Below, piece by piece: positions 44,375 through 53,839 of a stretch of DNA of 64,000 nt (its first letter is position 1; the number at the start of each line of letters is the position of its first letter). The position numbers and the translations under genes are program-made. The notes beneath the pieces are model-generated. The model made no database searches. It worked only from the letters and a program-made list of their open reading frames with translations, and had not been told where the DNA came from. Source of the DNA: Gemmatimonadota bacterium (GTDB taxonomy: Bacteria > Gemmatimonadota > Gemmatimonadetes > Gemmatimonadales > GWC2-71-9); the NCBI GenBank assembly GCA_003221005.1, contig QHTZ01000081.1, positions 1-64,000 on the forward strand. The letters are read 5' to 3'.

Positions 44375-44788
44375 TCACGTCCCATCATAGTCCACGTAGT
44401 TCCGATCCGTCTCCCAGAGACGGATCCGTTTGAGGGTGGCCGGCCGCACGGCTGGCTGAAGCACGCGCCAGCACACGACCGCGATGTTCTCGGCGGTCGG
44501 ATTCAGGCCGGCGAACCAGGGCACGTCGACGTTCAAGTTCTTGTGGTCGAGATGGCTCACCACGCACTCCGTCGCGATCTGCTTCAACCGCTGCACGTCC
44601 ATGACGTAGCCCGTGGCGGGGTCGATCTCCCCCTCCACCGAGATGTCAAGGTCGTAATTGTGCCCGTGATAGTTCGGGTTGTTACAGACGCCGAACACGC
44701 CCGCGTTCTCGGCATCGGAGAAGCTCGGGTTCCACAGGCGATGAGCGGCGCTGAAGTGGACGCGGCGAGTGATGACGCATCGCGGCAT
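44375..44788 (-). CDS. 6-pyruvoyl-tetrahydropterin synthase (PTPS/QueD family)
   Basis: FSAAHRL, CNNPNYHGHNY, LDHKNLN, PTAENIA, WET. Confidence 0.92.
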   Translation of the reverse strand: MPRCVITRRVHFSAAHRLWNPSFSDAENAGVFGVCNNPNYHGHNYDLDISVEGEIDPATGYVMDVQRLKQIATECVVSHLDHKNLNVDVPWFAGLNPTAENIAVVCWRVLQPAVRPATLKRIRLWETDRNYVDYDGT

Positions 44789-44827
44789 GCTTGTAGGCCC
44801 TCCCGGACAGGACTATCTTCGGCGCTC

Positions 44828-46075
44828 GTGCGCCTAAAGGTACTCGCTTCCCTGTCGGCGGCGGGAGGCTCCGCGCTTGCCGCGCTGTGGACCTTTCCGA
44901 CCCTGCTCGCGTCCGCGTTCCTCGTCGCCTGGGGCGCGGAAGCGGCGCAGTTCCTCATCTCCCAGGGCCTGGCCCTCGCGGTGCTGGCGTGGCTTCAGAC
45001 TGCGCCCGAATTCGCGGTCGAGGCGGTCATCGCATGGGACGCGGGACGCGAACCGGCGCGGGCCCAGCTCGCTATCGCGAACCTCACCGGAGCGATCCGC
45101 CTGCTGCTCGGCTTCGGCTGGCCCCTGGTGTACGGCGTGTACGCCGTCGCCAGCCGCCGCCGCGGCGGGCCGGCCCTCCCCACGATCACGCTTCAGCGCG
45201 AGCACGCGGTCGAGGTGCTCGCGCTCATCCCGGTGCTGCTCTACTTCGGCATCATCCTCGCCAAAGGATCGTTCGGCGCCGGGGACGCGGCGGTGCTGAC
45301 CGCGATGTACGGCGGCTACCTCTGGCTCCTCGCGGGCCATCCTCCCCACGCCGTCGAGCAGGCGGCGGACGCGCCCGCGGTGTCGCGCTGGGCGCTGCGC
45401 CAACAGCCCGGCTGGCGCCGGCGGGCGGCCATCGGCGGGCTGTTCGCCGCGGGGGGCGCGCTGTTGTTCGTGACCGCCCACCCGTTCCTCGAGTCGATGC
45501 TCGCCGTGGCGGCGATCCTCGGGATCGGCGAGTTCTTCCTGGTGCAGTGGGTGGCGCCGTTTCTCTCCGAATTCCCGGAAATGGTTTCGACGGTCGCGTG
45601 GGCGCGGCGCGTGAAGCCAGCGCCGCTCGCCCTGATGAACCTCGTGTCGAGCAACATCAACCAGTGGACGGTGCTCGCGGCGATGATCCCGCTCGTCTTC
45701 GGGTACTCGCACTGGCATCACCACGGTACCTGGACGGCGTTCCACTTCGATCGCGCGCAGCAGCTCGAGCTCGTGCTCACGCTGCTGCAGACGGGGCTCG
45801 GGGTGCTGCTGCTCGCGACACTCGAGTTCGGGGCGCCGGCGGCAGGGTTGCTGTTCCTGCTGTGGCTCGTCCAGTTCCTGCTCCCCGACTGGCGCGGCGC
45901 GGTGGCGTGGGCCTATGGCGCGTGGATGGCCGTGCTCGTGATCCTGTTCCTCACCCGGCGGCTGCCGCTGCGCGCGCCGGCGGCCTTCCGCGAGACGATG
46001 CGGCAGAAACACGATCGGCCGGCCCCGCGTATGGCAGGCCGGCCGACCGGTAAAGGGAACGAAGAGGATTATTGA
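44828..46075 (+). CDS. Ca2+/cation antiporter (Na_Ca_ex-like) membrane protein
   Basis: Alpha-repeat motifs QTAPEFAVE...ANLTG and SEFPE...NLVSSNINQ. Confidence 0.8.
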   Translation: MRLKVLASLSAAGGSALAALWTFPTLLASAFLVAWGAEAAQFLISQGLALAVLAWLQTAPEFAVEAVIAWDAGREPARAQLAIANLTGAIRLLLGFGWPLVYGVYAVASRRRGGPALPTITLQREHAVEVLALIPVLLYFGIILAKGSFGAGDAAVLTAMYGGYLWLLAGHPPHAVEQAADAPAVSRWALRQQPGWRRRAAIGGLFAAGGALLFVTAHPFLESMLAVAAILGIGEFFLVQWVAPFLSEFPEMVSTVAWARRVKPAPLALMNLVSSNINQWTVLAAMIPLVFGYSHWHHHGTWTAFHFDRAQQLELVLTLLQTGLGVLLLATLEFGAPAAGLLFLLWLVQFLLPDWRGAVAWAYGAWMAVLVILFLTRRLPLRAPAAFRETMRQKHDRPAPRMAGRPTGKGNEEDY

Positions 46076-46206
46076 AGCCCGAAGAGAATGACTGGTCCCT
46101 CACCGTAGCGTCTGTCTTCCCCACGCGGGGGCCTGACATTGGTTACAGTATCCGGGTCCACTATCGAGCCTGTTGGCTCAATAATTGAGCTCTCCGTCCC
46201 CGACCC
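46040..46206 (-). ncRNA. ssrS: Probable 6S RNA
   Basis: Long closing stem with AUUGAGCCAACA / GGGCUUCAAUAAU, central bubble, terminal stem-loop; upstream TTGACG-16-TATTCT. Confidence 0.65.
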
Positions 46207-46211
46207 GTGGT

Positions 46212-46239
46212 AGAATACACGGGGGGACGGCGCCGTCAA
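46212..46239 (-). promoter_or_regulatory. Putative sigma70 promoter of the ncRNA
   Basis: TTGACG (46234-46239), 16 nt spacer, TATTCT (46212-46217). Confidence 0.55.
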
Positions 46240-46266
46240 GACGACTCCGCACGAACGGAACGTTCC

Positions 46267-46428
46267 ATGAACCTCACGTTGCTCGCTGCCATCGGCTGCC
46301 TCGCGGCCTGGCTCGCGCTGGTGTTCGTCGCACACCTGGGGGGCGGCACAGTGCAGCTGCTCTGGGCGGCCGCGGTGATCCTGTTCGCCCGGCGCGTGCT
46401 CGCCGGCGCACCCAAGTTTCTCTCCTGA
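46267..46428 (+). CDS. Small two-TM protein
   Basis: 53-aa hydrophobic ORF translationally coupled (TGATG) to the M13 peptidase. Confidence 0.55.
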   Translation: MNLTLLAAIGCLAAWLALVFVAHLGGGTVQLLWAAAVILFARRVLAGAPKFLS

Positions 46429-48482
46429 TGGAGGCTACTCCCATGATCGCCTGCCGCCGGTTCCTGCTCGCCAGCGCGCTCGTGGCCGTCGCCACAGCTG
46501 CGCCTGTCGCCGCCCAGCGCGGCGTGAATCGGGCCTACCTCGACACGAGCTGCGCGCCTTGCAGCGATTTCTTCGGGTTCGCGAACGGCGCTTGGGTCAA
46601 GACCGCGACCATCCCGGCCGCGTACGCGAGCACCGGGGCCGCCCGCGAGCTGTACGACCGCAACCAGGAGACGCTGCGCAAGGTGCTCGAGCGTGCCGCG
46701 GCGGCCGCTGACACGACGCACGACGCCACGCTCAAGAAGCTCGGCGCCTTCTACGGGAGTTGCATGGACTCCGTAGCCGCCGAGCGGGCGGGGGCGGCGC
46801 CGATCGCCGACGAGCTGCGCCGTATCGACGCGATCCGCACCGTGCGCGACCTGCAAGACGCAATCGTCCGCTTCAACCGGCTTCAGATCTTCGCGCCATT
46901 CTCTTTCTCGGCAGAGGCCGATCCCAAGGAGAGCTCGCACAACATCGGACAGCTGTACCAGGCCGGGCTCGGGCTCCCCGACCGGGACTACTACCTGAAG
47001 ACCGACGCCGCCTCGGACTCGCTACGCCAGAAGTACGTGGCCCACGTGGCGCGCACGCTCGCCCTGCTCGGCACGCCGTCCTCCCAGGCTGAGCAGGACG
47101 CCCAGCGCGCGATGCGCTTCGAGACTGCGCTCGCCGAGTCATCGATGACGCTCGTCGCCCAGCGCGATCCCAACGCCATCTACCACAAGATGACGGTGCG
47201 GGAGCTACAAGCCCTCGCTCCCGCCCTCGACTGGCCGGCTTTGTTTGGCGGGCTGGGGGTGCCGCTGGCCGATCCCGCGGCCGCGCTCGACGTCTCGCAG
47301 CCCGCATTCCTCCGGCTGGTGAGCGCCATGGTCCAGAGCACGCTCCTCGCCGACTGGCGGGTCTATCTGCGCTGGCAGCTTGCGGGCGCCACGGCGCCGA
47401 CGCTCAGCAGCGGGTTCTTCAATGAGGACTTCCAGTTCCAGACGGTGCTGCGGGGCGTCAAGGAGCCGCTACCCCGCTGGAAGCGGTGCGCGGCGGCGGC
47501 GGACGACGCGTTGGGGGAGGCGCTGGGCAAGGCCTACGTGGCGAGCGAGTTCTCGCCCGCGGCGAAGGCTCACGTCGTCGAGATCGTCGACAATCTCAAG
47601 GAGGCCCTGGCCGCGCGCATCCGGCAGCTCGACTGGATGAGCGACTCAACCAAGGCTCACGCCTTCGCCAAGCTCGACGCGATCGTCAAGAAGATCGGGT
47701 ACCCGGACCACTGGCGGGACTACTCGGCGCTCGAGGCCCGAGGGGTGTGGCCCTACGCCGCGAACGTGCTGCAGGCGCGCGAGTTCGAGCAGCGGCGCCA
47801 GCTCGCGAAGGTCGGCCGTGCGGTGGACAAGACCGAGTGGGGGATGACGCCGCCTACCGTGAATGCCTACTACAACCCGTCGTTCAACGAGATCGTGTTC
47901 CCTGCCGGGATCCTCCAGCCGCCGTATTTCGACCCAGCGGCCGACGATGCGGTCAACTACGGGGCGATCGGGGCGGTGATCGGCCACGAGCTCACGCATG
48001 GCTTCGACGACCAGGGGCGCCAATTCGACGCCCAGGGCAACCTGCGCGACTGGTGGACCGCGGAAGACGCCCGGCGGTTCACGGAGCGGGCGCAGCGGGT
48101 CGTGGCGCAGTTCAACGGCTACGTCGCGGTCGACACGTTCCACGTGAACGGGCAGCTCACGCTGGGCGAAAACATCGCCGACCTGGGCGGGCTCACCATC
48201 GCCTACTACGCCTTCGAGCAGTCGCTCGCAGGCAAGCCGCGCCCTCGCGACATCGACGGCTTCACACCGGAGCAGCGCCTTTTCCTTGCCTTCGCGCAGG
48301 GTTGGCGCAACCGCACGCGGCCGGAGACCCTGCGGCTCCGCACCCTCACCGACCCGCACTCGCCGCCGCACGGGCGCGTGAACGGGCCCACGTCGAACAT
48401 GCCGGAGTTCGCCCGCGCCTTCGGGTGCAAGGCCGGAGACGCCATGCTCCGGCCCGACAGCGTCCGCGCGGAGGTGTGGTAG
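46428..48482 (+). CDS. M13 family (neprilysin/PepO) metallopeptidase
   Basis: DFFGFANG.W, VNAYY, FPAGILQPP, HELTHGFD, GENIADLGG, DPHSP. Confidence 0.95.
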   Translation: MEATPMIACRRFLLASALVAVATAAPVAAQRGVNRAYLDTSCAPCSDFFGFANGAWVKTATIPAAYASTGAARELYDRNQETLRKVLERAAAAADTTHDATLKKLGAFYGSCMDSVAAERAGAAPIADELRRIDAIRTVRDLQDAIVRFNRLQIFAPFSFSAEADPKESSHNIGQLYQAGLGLPDRDYYLKTDAASDSLRQKYVAHVARTLALLGTPSSQAEQDAQRAMRFETALAESSMTLVAQRDPNAIYHKMTVRELQALAPALDWPALFGGLGVPLADPAAALDVSQPAFLRLVSAMVQSTLLADWRVYLRWQLAGATAPTLSSGFFNEDFQFQTVLRGVKEPLPRWKRCAAAADDALGEALGKAYVASEFSPAAKAHVVEIVDNLKEALAARIRQLDWMSDSTKAHAFAKLDAIVKKIGYPDHWRDYSALEARGVWPYAANVLQAREFEQRRQLAKVGRAVDKTEWGMTPPTVNAYYNPSFNEIVFPAGILQPPYFDPAADDAVNYGAIGAVIGHELTHGFDDQGRQFDAQGNLRDWWTAEDARRFTERAQRVVAQFNGYVAVDTFHVNGQLTLGENIADLGGLTIAYYAFEQSLAGKPRPRDIDGFTPEQRLFLAFAQGWRNRTRPETLRLRTLTDPHSPPHGRVNGPTSNMPEFARAFGCKAGDAMLRPDSVRAEVW

Positions 48483-48520
48483 GGGGGACGAGGGAGGTGG
48501 GACGGGGGACGGGTAAGACA

Positions 48521-48552
48521 ACGGGGCGCCTGCTGATTAGCGGGCGCCCCGT
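48521..48552. terminator. Hairpin between convergent genes (probable terminator)
   Basis: ACGGGGCGCCTGCT-GATT-AGCGGGCGCCCCGT. Confidence 0.6.
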
Positions 48553-48578
48553 GCCACAGTAACTCGCAGCGGCTTGCG

Positions 48579-49109
48579 TTACATCCCGAACGTGAACCCG
48601 AGCGTGACGGGGAAGAAGTTCGTCGCGCTGTTGCTGGTGCGGACTGAGATGAACCGCGCCTCGCCGAAGATGTGCATCGGCCCGAGACCGAGGGCGACCC
48701 CCGTGCCGCCGTCGAACGCAGGCTTGGACTGGGAAGTGCCCGATATGTCCACGCTATAGTAGCCCAGCCCCGCCAGCAGGTAGACCTTCACCGGCACCAT
48801 CGGCGCGCCGATGTGATAGACCGCATTAGCCGTCCCGCCGGTCAGCTTGGTGCCGCCGGAGAGCAAGCCGCCCTGGTGACTGGTGTGGCCGTACACGAGA
48901 TCGGCACGGACCGAGAGCGGCGAGTGGGGCAGGCCCAGGTCGAGCGCGCCCATCAGGTGCCAACCGGCGTTGTCCAGAGTGGAGTAATCCCCCGACGGAA
49001 CTACGCCGCCGAGGCCCAAGCTGAGGCGAGGCTTCTGCGCAGCCGCTGGCGAGGCGACGAGCGCCCCCATCCAGCCGAGGACCACCAAGCTCAACAGTAC
49101 CCGTTTCAT
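48579..49109 (-). CDS. Outer-membrane beta-barrel protein
   Basis: Signal peptide, amphipathic strands, YLLAGLGYY, FGEARF, terminal FTF. Confidence 0.8.
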   Translation of the reverse strand: MKRVLLSLVVLGWMGALVASPAAAQKPRLSLGLGGVVPSGDYSTLDNAGWHLMGALDLGLPHSPLSVRADLVYGHTSHQGGLLSGGTKLTGGTANAVYHIGAPMVPVKVYLLAGLGYYSVDISGTSQSKPAFDGGTGVALGLGPMHIFGEARFISVRTSNSATNFFPVTLGFTFGM

Positions 49110-49261
49110 TGGACTGCCTCCGCATCGCAAGAACTGCAGGTGGGCCAGCGGGCGCGGGGCAGATGATAGAGATGGGGGGGCGGCCAGGACGTGATGCAGA
49201 TCACCAATTTCGCTCAACTGATTGTGGCAATGCGGGTTAGCGCGAGGCCCGACGGCTCCGG

Positions 49262-50488
49262 TCAGCGTGTCAGCACCAGCGCGACCACGCCCCACGCGAG
49301 CGTGAGCGCGGTGACGGGCATGCCCACGCGGGCGTACTCCCAGAAGCCGATCGGCGCGCCGCGCTTCTCGGCGCGCTCGGCTACGATGAGGTTCGCCATC
49401 GACCCGATGAGCAGCAGGTTCCCGGCGAACGTCGAGCTCATCGCGACCACGCGCCACACGAGGTCCGAGTCGGGGAGGTTGGGCACCGTGTTGCGCCACA
49501 GGATGACCGCCGGCACGTTAGAGATCAAGTTCGAGAGCCCCGTGAGCGCGGCGCTCACGACGACGGCGGCGCGCCACACCGTGCCGTGGCTCAGGAGCGA
49601 CACCGCGTGGCGATCGATCCAGGCTACGGCGCCCGTCTGCTCGAAGCCGCGCATCACCACGAACAGAGAAGCGAAGAACAGCAGCAGCGACCACTCGACG
49701 CGGTCGATCGCGTAGGCCGGGTCGCGCTGCCCGAGCGCCACCATCGCGGCGCCCGCCGCGATCGCTACGAGGGGGAGCGGCCCGCCGGCGAGCCACGCCA
49801 CGACGGCGCACCCGAACATCGCGAGCCCCTTCGCGACCAGCGGACGGTCGAGGGCGACGGGCACGGACTCGAGCCGCTCGCGGAACGGCTCGCGTAGCTC
49901 CGCGCCATAGACCCAGCGCAGGTAACCGTAGGTGATCGCAAGCCCGCCGGCCGCCACCGGAAGCATGTGCGCGAGGAACCCGCCGAACGTCGCTCCGCTC
50001 CAGATCCCCACCAGCATGTTCTGCGGGTTTCCCGTGATCGACAGCACCGAGCCGACGTTGGAGCCCATCGCGAGGCCGATGAGATACGGGTTCGGTCGCA
50101 CGCGCAGCGGGCCGAGCGCGGCGAGCAGCACCGGCGTGACGACGAGGCAGATCGTGTCGTTCACGAACAGCGCCGACAACAGGCCGCCCCCGATGACGAC
50201 GCCGAGCAACAGCCGCTCGGGCGTGACCGCGCGCTTCAAGACCCATTCCGCCGCCCACTCGAAGAACTTCCCCACCTCGAGGTAGCCGACGATGAGCATG
50301 AGGCCCAGCAGGAAGACGAGAACGTCGAAATCGATGGCGGCGTAGGCGTCGGGGAGCGGCAGCACGCGGAACGCGACCATCGCAACCGCGCCGAGCAGGC
50401 TTGCGGCGGGCCGATTGAGGTGCACGAAAGGCAGGCGCTGGACCGCGATGAGAAAGTAGGTCGCGGCGAAGATGATGAGGCCGGTCAG
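49262..50488 (-). CDS. ArsB/NhaD/CitM-type anion permease
   Basis: ALFVNDT, SNVGS..ITGNPQN, SNVPA, STFAGN...GS.AN; start appears to be CTG overlapping the GNAT stop. Confidence 0.85.
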   Translation of the reverse strand: MTGLIIFAATYFLIAVQRLPFVHLNRPAASLLGAVAMVAFRVLPLPDAYAAIDFDVLVFLLGLMLIVGYLEVGKFFEWAAEWVLKRAVTPERLLLGVVIGGGLLSALFVNDTICLVVTPVLLAALGPLRVRPNPYLIGLAMGSNVGSVLSITGNPQNMLVGIWSGATFGGFLAHMLPVAAGGLAITYGYLRWVYGAELREPFRERLESVPVALDRPLVAKGLAMFGCAVVAWLAGGPLPLVAIAAGAAMVALGQRDPAYAIDRVEWSLLLFFASLFVVMRGFEQTGAVAWIDRHAVSLLSHGTVWRAAVVVSAALTGLSNLISNVPAVILWRNTVPNLPDSDLVWRVVAMSSTFAGNLLLIGSMANLIVAERAEKRGAPIGFWEYARVGMPVTALTLAWGVVALVLTR

Positions 50489-51453
50489 ATCTCCCAGTTG
50501 GAGAACAGCACGCCCGTGCCCGCGTGGGGCTCGGGGTACCCCTCGCAGGTCATGCGCAGGTCGGTCCAGCGCACGCGGTAACCGCGCTCGATCAGGTGCC
50601 GGAACGCCCCCTCGTAGCGCGTCTGACAGCGGATCGCGACGCGGCGGATGCCGGCACGCGCCGCGGCTGCCTCCGTGGCGACGAGCGCGGCCGCGAAGGC
50701 GCGCTCGTCCCGCGCGGCGAGCTTCAGGATGCGGAGCTCTTCCTTGGGCCGGCCCTCGGCGAGCGGCGCCGAGTGCCACAGCACGAAGGCGTCGAGCCCG
50801 TCGCTGCCGTCCACCAGCGTCGTGTCGCCGAGACCGAGCTGCGCCGTGAGCAGAATCTCCCGCGTGAAGTCCGGGCCAGGGGCGAGCGCCCCGACGAGCC
50901 GGGCGGCCGCCGCGGTCGCGGCCTGCTGCGCGGCCGCGGGGCGCTGCGACAGGAGCGCCGGGGCGGCGTGACCACGCGTCGCGAGATCGCGCGTCATCGT
51001 CACCGTGAGGTAGCCAGGAGCGAACCCGAGGCGCCCGTAGAAGCCGATGTTCTCGACCGTGCGCGGCATCGTCTCGAGGCCCACGGTGGCGACGTGCTGG
51101 TCCACCAGCCAGTCCACCGCGGCCCGCACGGTCGCCTTGCCGATCCCCACGCCCTGCCGGTCGGGGCGGACCGCGAGCGGGCCCATCCACCCCTCGGCGC
51201 CCGAGCGGTGCGCCACGTTGAAGGCGACGACCTGTCCCGCCTCGTCGCGCCACACCATCGCGCCGTCGCCCGCGTCGAGCAGCGCGTAGCGCCACACCTG
51301 GGGATTGAGATGCGGCACCCGCACGCCGACCAGGCCGTCGCGGCGGTAGCGGTCGGTGAACGCGTCGGCGAACACCCGGTTCAGGCTCTCGATGTCGCGC
51401 TCGACCGCGCGCTCGGGGCCCGAGACCTGGCGCTCAGGCAGCCACGCCCGCAT
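50485..51453 (-). CDS. GNAT family N-acetyltransferase
   Basis: GPLAVRPDRQGVGIGK acetyl-CoA motif, N..FY.RLGF. Confidence 0.85.
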   Translation of the reverse strand: MRAWLPERQVSGPERAVERDIESLNRVFADAFTDRYRRDGLVGVRVPHLNPQVWRYALLDAGDGAMVWRDEAGQVVAFNVAHRSGAEGWMGPLAVRPDRQGVGIGKATVRAAVDWLVDQHVATVGLETMPRTVENIGFYGRLGFAPGYLTVTMTRDLATRGHAAPALLSQRPAAAQQAATAAAARLVGALAPGPDFTREILLTAQLGLGDTTLVDGSDGLDAFVLWHSAPLAEGRPKEELRILKLAARDERAFAAALVATEAAAARAGIRRVAIRCQTRYEGAFRHLIERGYRVRWTDLRMTCEGYPEPHAGTGVLFSNWEI

Positions 51454-53839
51454 CGGCAGCTCCCGGCGTCGCGGTGTCGTCCCGGACCACACTCGTGCCC
51501 CCGTCCCGGGTAGCGTCATAGTCCACGCGGATCACTCGATCCACCCCTTCCCGCACCTGCTCGATGTGCGTGATGAGAATAACCTGTGGGAAGCGATCAG
51601 CCAGCCGGCGCAGCAGGGCGACGACGTGCTGGCGGCGCGCGTCGTCGAGCGAGCCGAAGATCTCGTCGAGCACCAGGAGCGAGAGCGGCTGGCCGGCGCG
51701 CTCCGCGATCATCTGCGAGATCGCGAGCCGCAGCACCAAGTTCGCCACGTCTTCCTCGCCCCCCGAGATCACGGGCTTGGGGACGCCGCCATCGAGAATG
51801 ACGACCTCGTAGTCCTCGGTGAGATCGATCTGCTGATAGCGCCCGTCGGTGAGGTCCGCCAAGAAGTCCGACGCGAGATCGGCGATCTCGGGGCGCATCG
51901 CGGCATTCAGGTCGGCCCGCAGATCGGAGAATGCGCGATCCAGCTCGTTGTGGAGGCGGTGGCGCGTCTTGCGCTCGCTGATGTCCCGGTCCCGCGCCGC
52001 GCGCTCCTCCTCCCGGCGCGCGGCCTCTTGCACGTCCCCCTCGGCGCGCGACAGGTCGCCGCGGGCCTCGACCAGCGCCAGCTCCGCCTCACGCAGGGTC
52101 CCGAGCGCCCGGTCGTAGCGATCCTTGGCGAGGCGGAACTGCTCCTCGGAGAAGCCCTCCGCCCGGACGGCGTCCGCCAGCTCGCGCACCCGGCGCTCGG
52201 CCTGGGAGAGCAACTGCTCCGCCTGCTCCGCCTCGGGCACCAGGCCCTCCGCCCGCTGCGCCCGCTCCTCGAGCGCCGCGGCTTCCAGCGCCACCGGCTC
52301 GAGCTTCACCAGCTCGGCCCGGACGGCGTCGTGGCGCGCCGCGTCGTATCCCGTGCGGCGCGTCGCGAGCCGGCGCTCCAGGCCCGTGGCGCGCTCCCGG
52401 GCGGCATCCAGCTCCGCCTTGGCCCGCGCGCGCTCCTCGGCCTGCGCCCGCAGCTCGCCTGCCCGCTCGCTCGCCCGCCGGCTCTCCTCTCGCAGCTCGT
52501 CGCGCTGCGCCTCGAGCAGCCCCACACCGGCGGGCGGCTCCGCGAGCTGCTCCAGCCGTTGGCGGAAGAACTTGCCGTCCTCCACGATCGCCTGGAGCTG
52601 ACGGTCGAGGATTCCGAGCACCGCGGCGTGCTCGCCCCCGAGCGGCCGCCGGCACGTCGGGCACTCTCCCTCGGGGCCGAGCTGGGCGATCTTGTCGCGC
52701 TGCTCCTTCACCTCGTCGTACTGCTTGAGGAGCTCCGCCCGCCGCGTCGCGGCGTATTCCTTCTCCCGCACCCAGGCTGCCTGCTGCTCCTCGACTGCCG
52801 CCTCGGCCGCCTGCACGCGCTCGGCGAGGCGCCGTGCCTCCGCCTCCGCTCGCTCGAGCGCCGCCCCCACGTCCGCGAGCTCCGCGATCCGCTGCTCCAG
52901 CCCGCGCGTGGTGCGCGCCAACTCGTCGAGCTGCGCCTGCTCCGCGCGCCGGGCCGCCTCCTCCCGCTGGAGCAGCTCGAGGTCGGCGAGCTCGCCCTTG
53001 AGCCGGGCCACGGGCGCGAGCTCCGCCTCCAGCTGCTTCAGCTGCTCGCGCGCTTTGAGCGCGTCGGCCAGCTCCTTGTCGAGCCGCTGGAACTCCTGGC
53101 GCCGCCCCTCGACGGCCTGGTGCGCCATGCGGCGCTCCCCGTCGAGCGACAACGTGCGCTCGCGCCGCGCGGTCCACTCGTTCCAGCGCGGCTCCTCGCG
53201 CGCGAGCCGCTGCTGGGCCTGCGCCCGGGCCGTGTCCGCCGCCTGCGCCGCGCGCTGCGCCGCCGTCAGGCGGGCTTCCGCAGCGCGGCGCTGCTCGGCG
53301 AGCGCCTGGGGATCGGGGAGCGCGGCCTCGAGCCCCTTCACTTCGGCGGCGAGCGTATTCCGCACCTCGCGCACGCGCTCCTGCGCGAGGCGCAGCCGCT
53401 CGTACCCGAGCACCTGCGAGAGGAACGCGGCCCGGTCGGTCTTCCCGAGCGCTGCCATCACCTTGAGCTCTTTCTGGCCCGTGAAGTAGGTGTTGAAGAA
53501 CTCCTGGTGCGTCATCCCCAGGGCCCGCTCGAGCTTGTCCGTCACCGCCTTGAGGGAGTTGGCGACGAGCTGGCCGTCCTGATGCAGCGCCGCCGTGGAC
53601 AGCGTACGGGCGACCCGGTACTCGTGCGCGCCGAGCCGGAACTCGAGCTCCACCTCGACGTTGGCGCGCCCCTTCACCCCGATGCGCCGGATGGAGTCCT
53701 TGTCCCCGCGCACGGCCTGGACGCCGTACAGCGCCCAGGCGATCGCCTCCAGGATCGTCGTCTTCCCGGAGCCGTTGGGGCCGATGATCCCCGTGATGCC
53801 GGGACCGAACTCGAGCTCGGTGTGCGCGTGCTGCCGGAA
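51434..53839 (-). CDS. sbcC: SbcC/Rad50 SMC-family ATPase (first few codons missing)
   Basis: FRQH, GPNGSGKT, Q-loop, coiled coil with CPTC zinc hook, SGGE, LVLDE..GSLD, ITH. Confidence 0.9.
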   Translation of the reverse strand, partial: FRQHAHTELEFGPGITGIIGPNGSGKTTILEAIAWALYGVQAVRGDKDSIRRIGVKGRANVEVELEFRLGAHEYRVARTLSTAALHQDGQLVANSLKAVTDKLERALGMTHQEFFNTYFTGQKELKVMAALGKTDRAAFLSQVLGYERLRLAQERVREVRNTLAAEVKGLEAALPDPQALAEQRRAAEARLTAAQRAAQAADTARAQAQQRLAREEPRWNEWTARRERTLSLDGERRMAHQAVEGRRQEFQRLDKELADALKAREQLKQLEAELAPVARLKGELADLELLQREEAARRAEQAQLDELARTTRGLEQRIAELADVGAALERAEAEARRLAERVQAAEAAVEEQQAAWVREKEYAATRRAELLKQYDEVKEQRDKIAQLGPEGECPTCRRPLGGEHAAVLGILDRQLQAIVEDGKFFRQRLEQLAEPPAGVGLLEAQRDELREESRRASERAGELRAQAEERARAKAELDAARERATGLERRLATRRTGYDAARHDAVRAELVKLEPVALEAAALEERAQRAEGLVPEAEQAEQLLSQAERRVRELADAVRAEGFSEEQFRLAKDRYDRALGTLREAELALVEARGDLSRAEGDVQEAARREEERAARDRDISERKTRHRLHNELDRAFSDLRADLNAAMRPEIADLASDFLADLTDGRYQQIDLTEDYEVVILDGGVPKPVISGGEEDVANLVLRLAISQMIAERAGQPLSLLVLDEIFGSLDDARRQHVVALLRRLADRFPQVILITHIEQVREGVDRVIRVDYDATRDGGTSVVRDDTATPGAADAGVAA

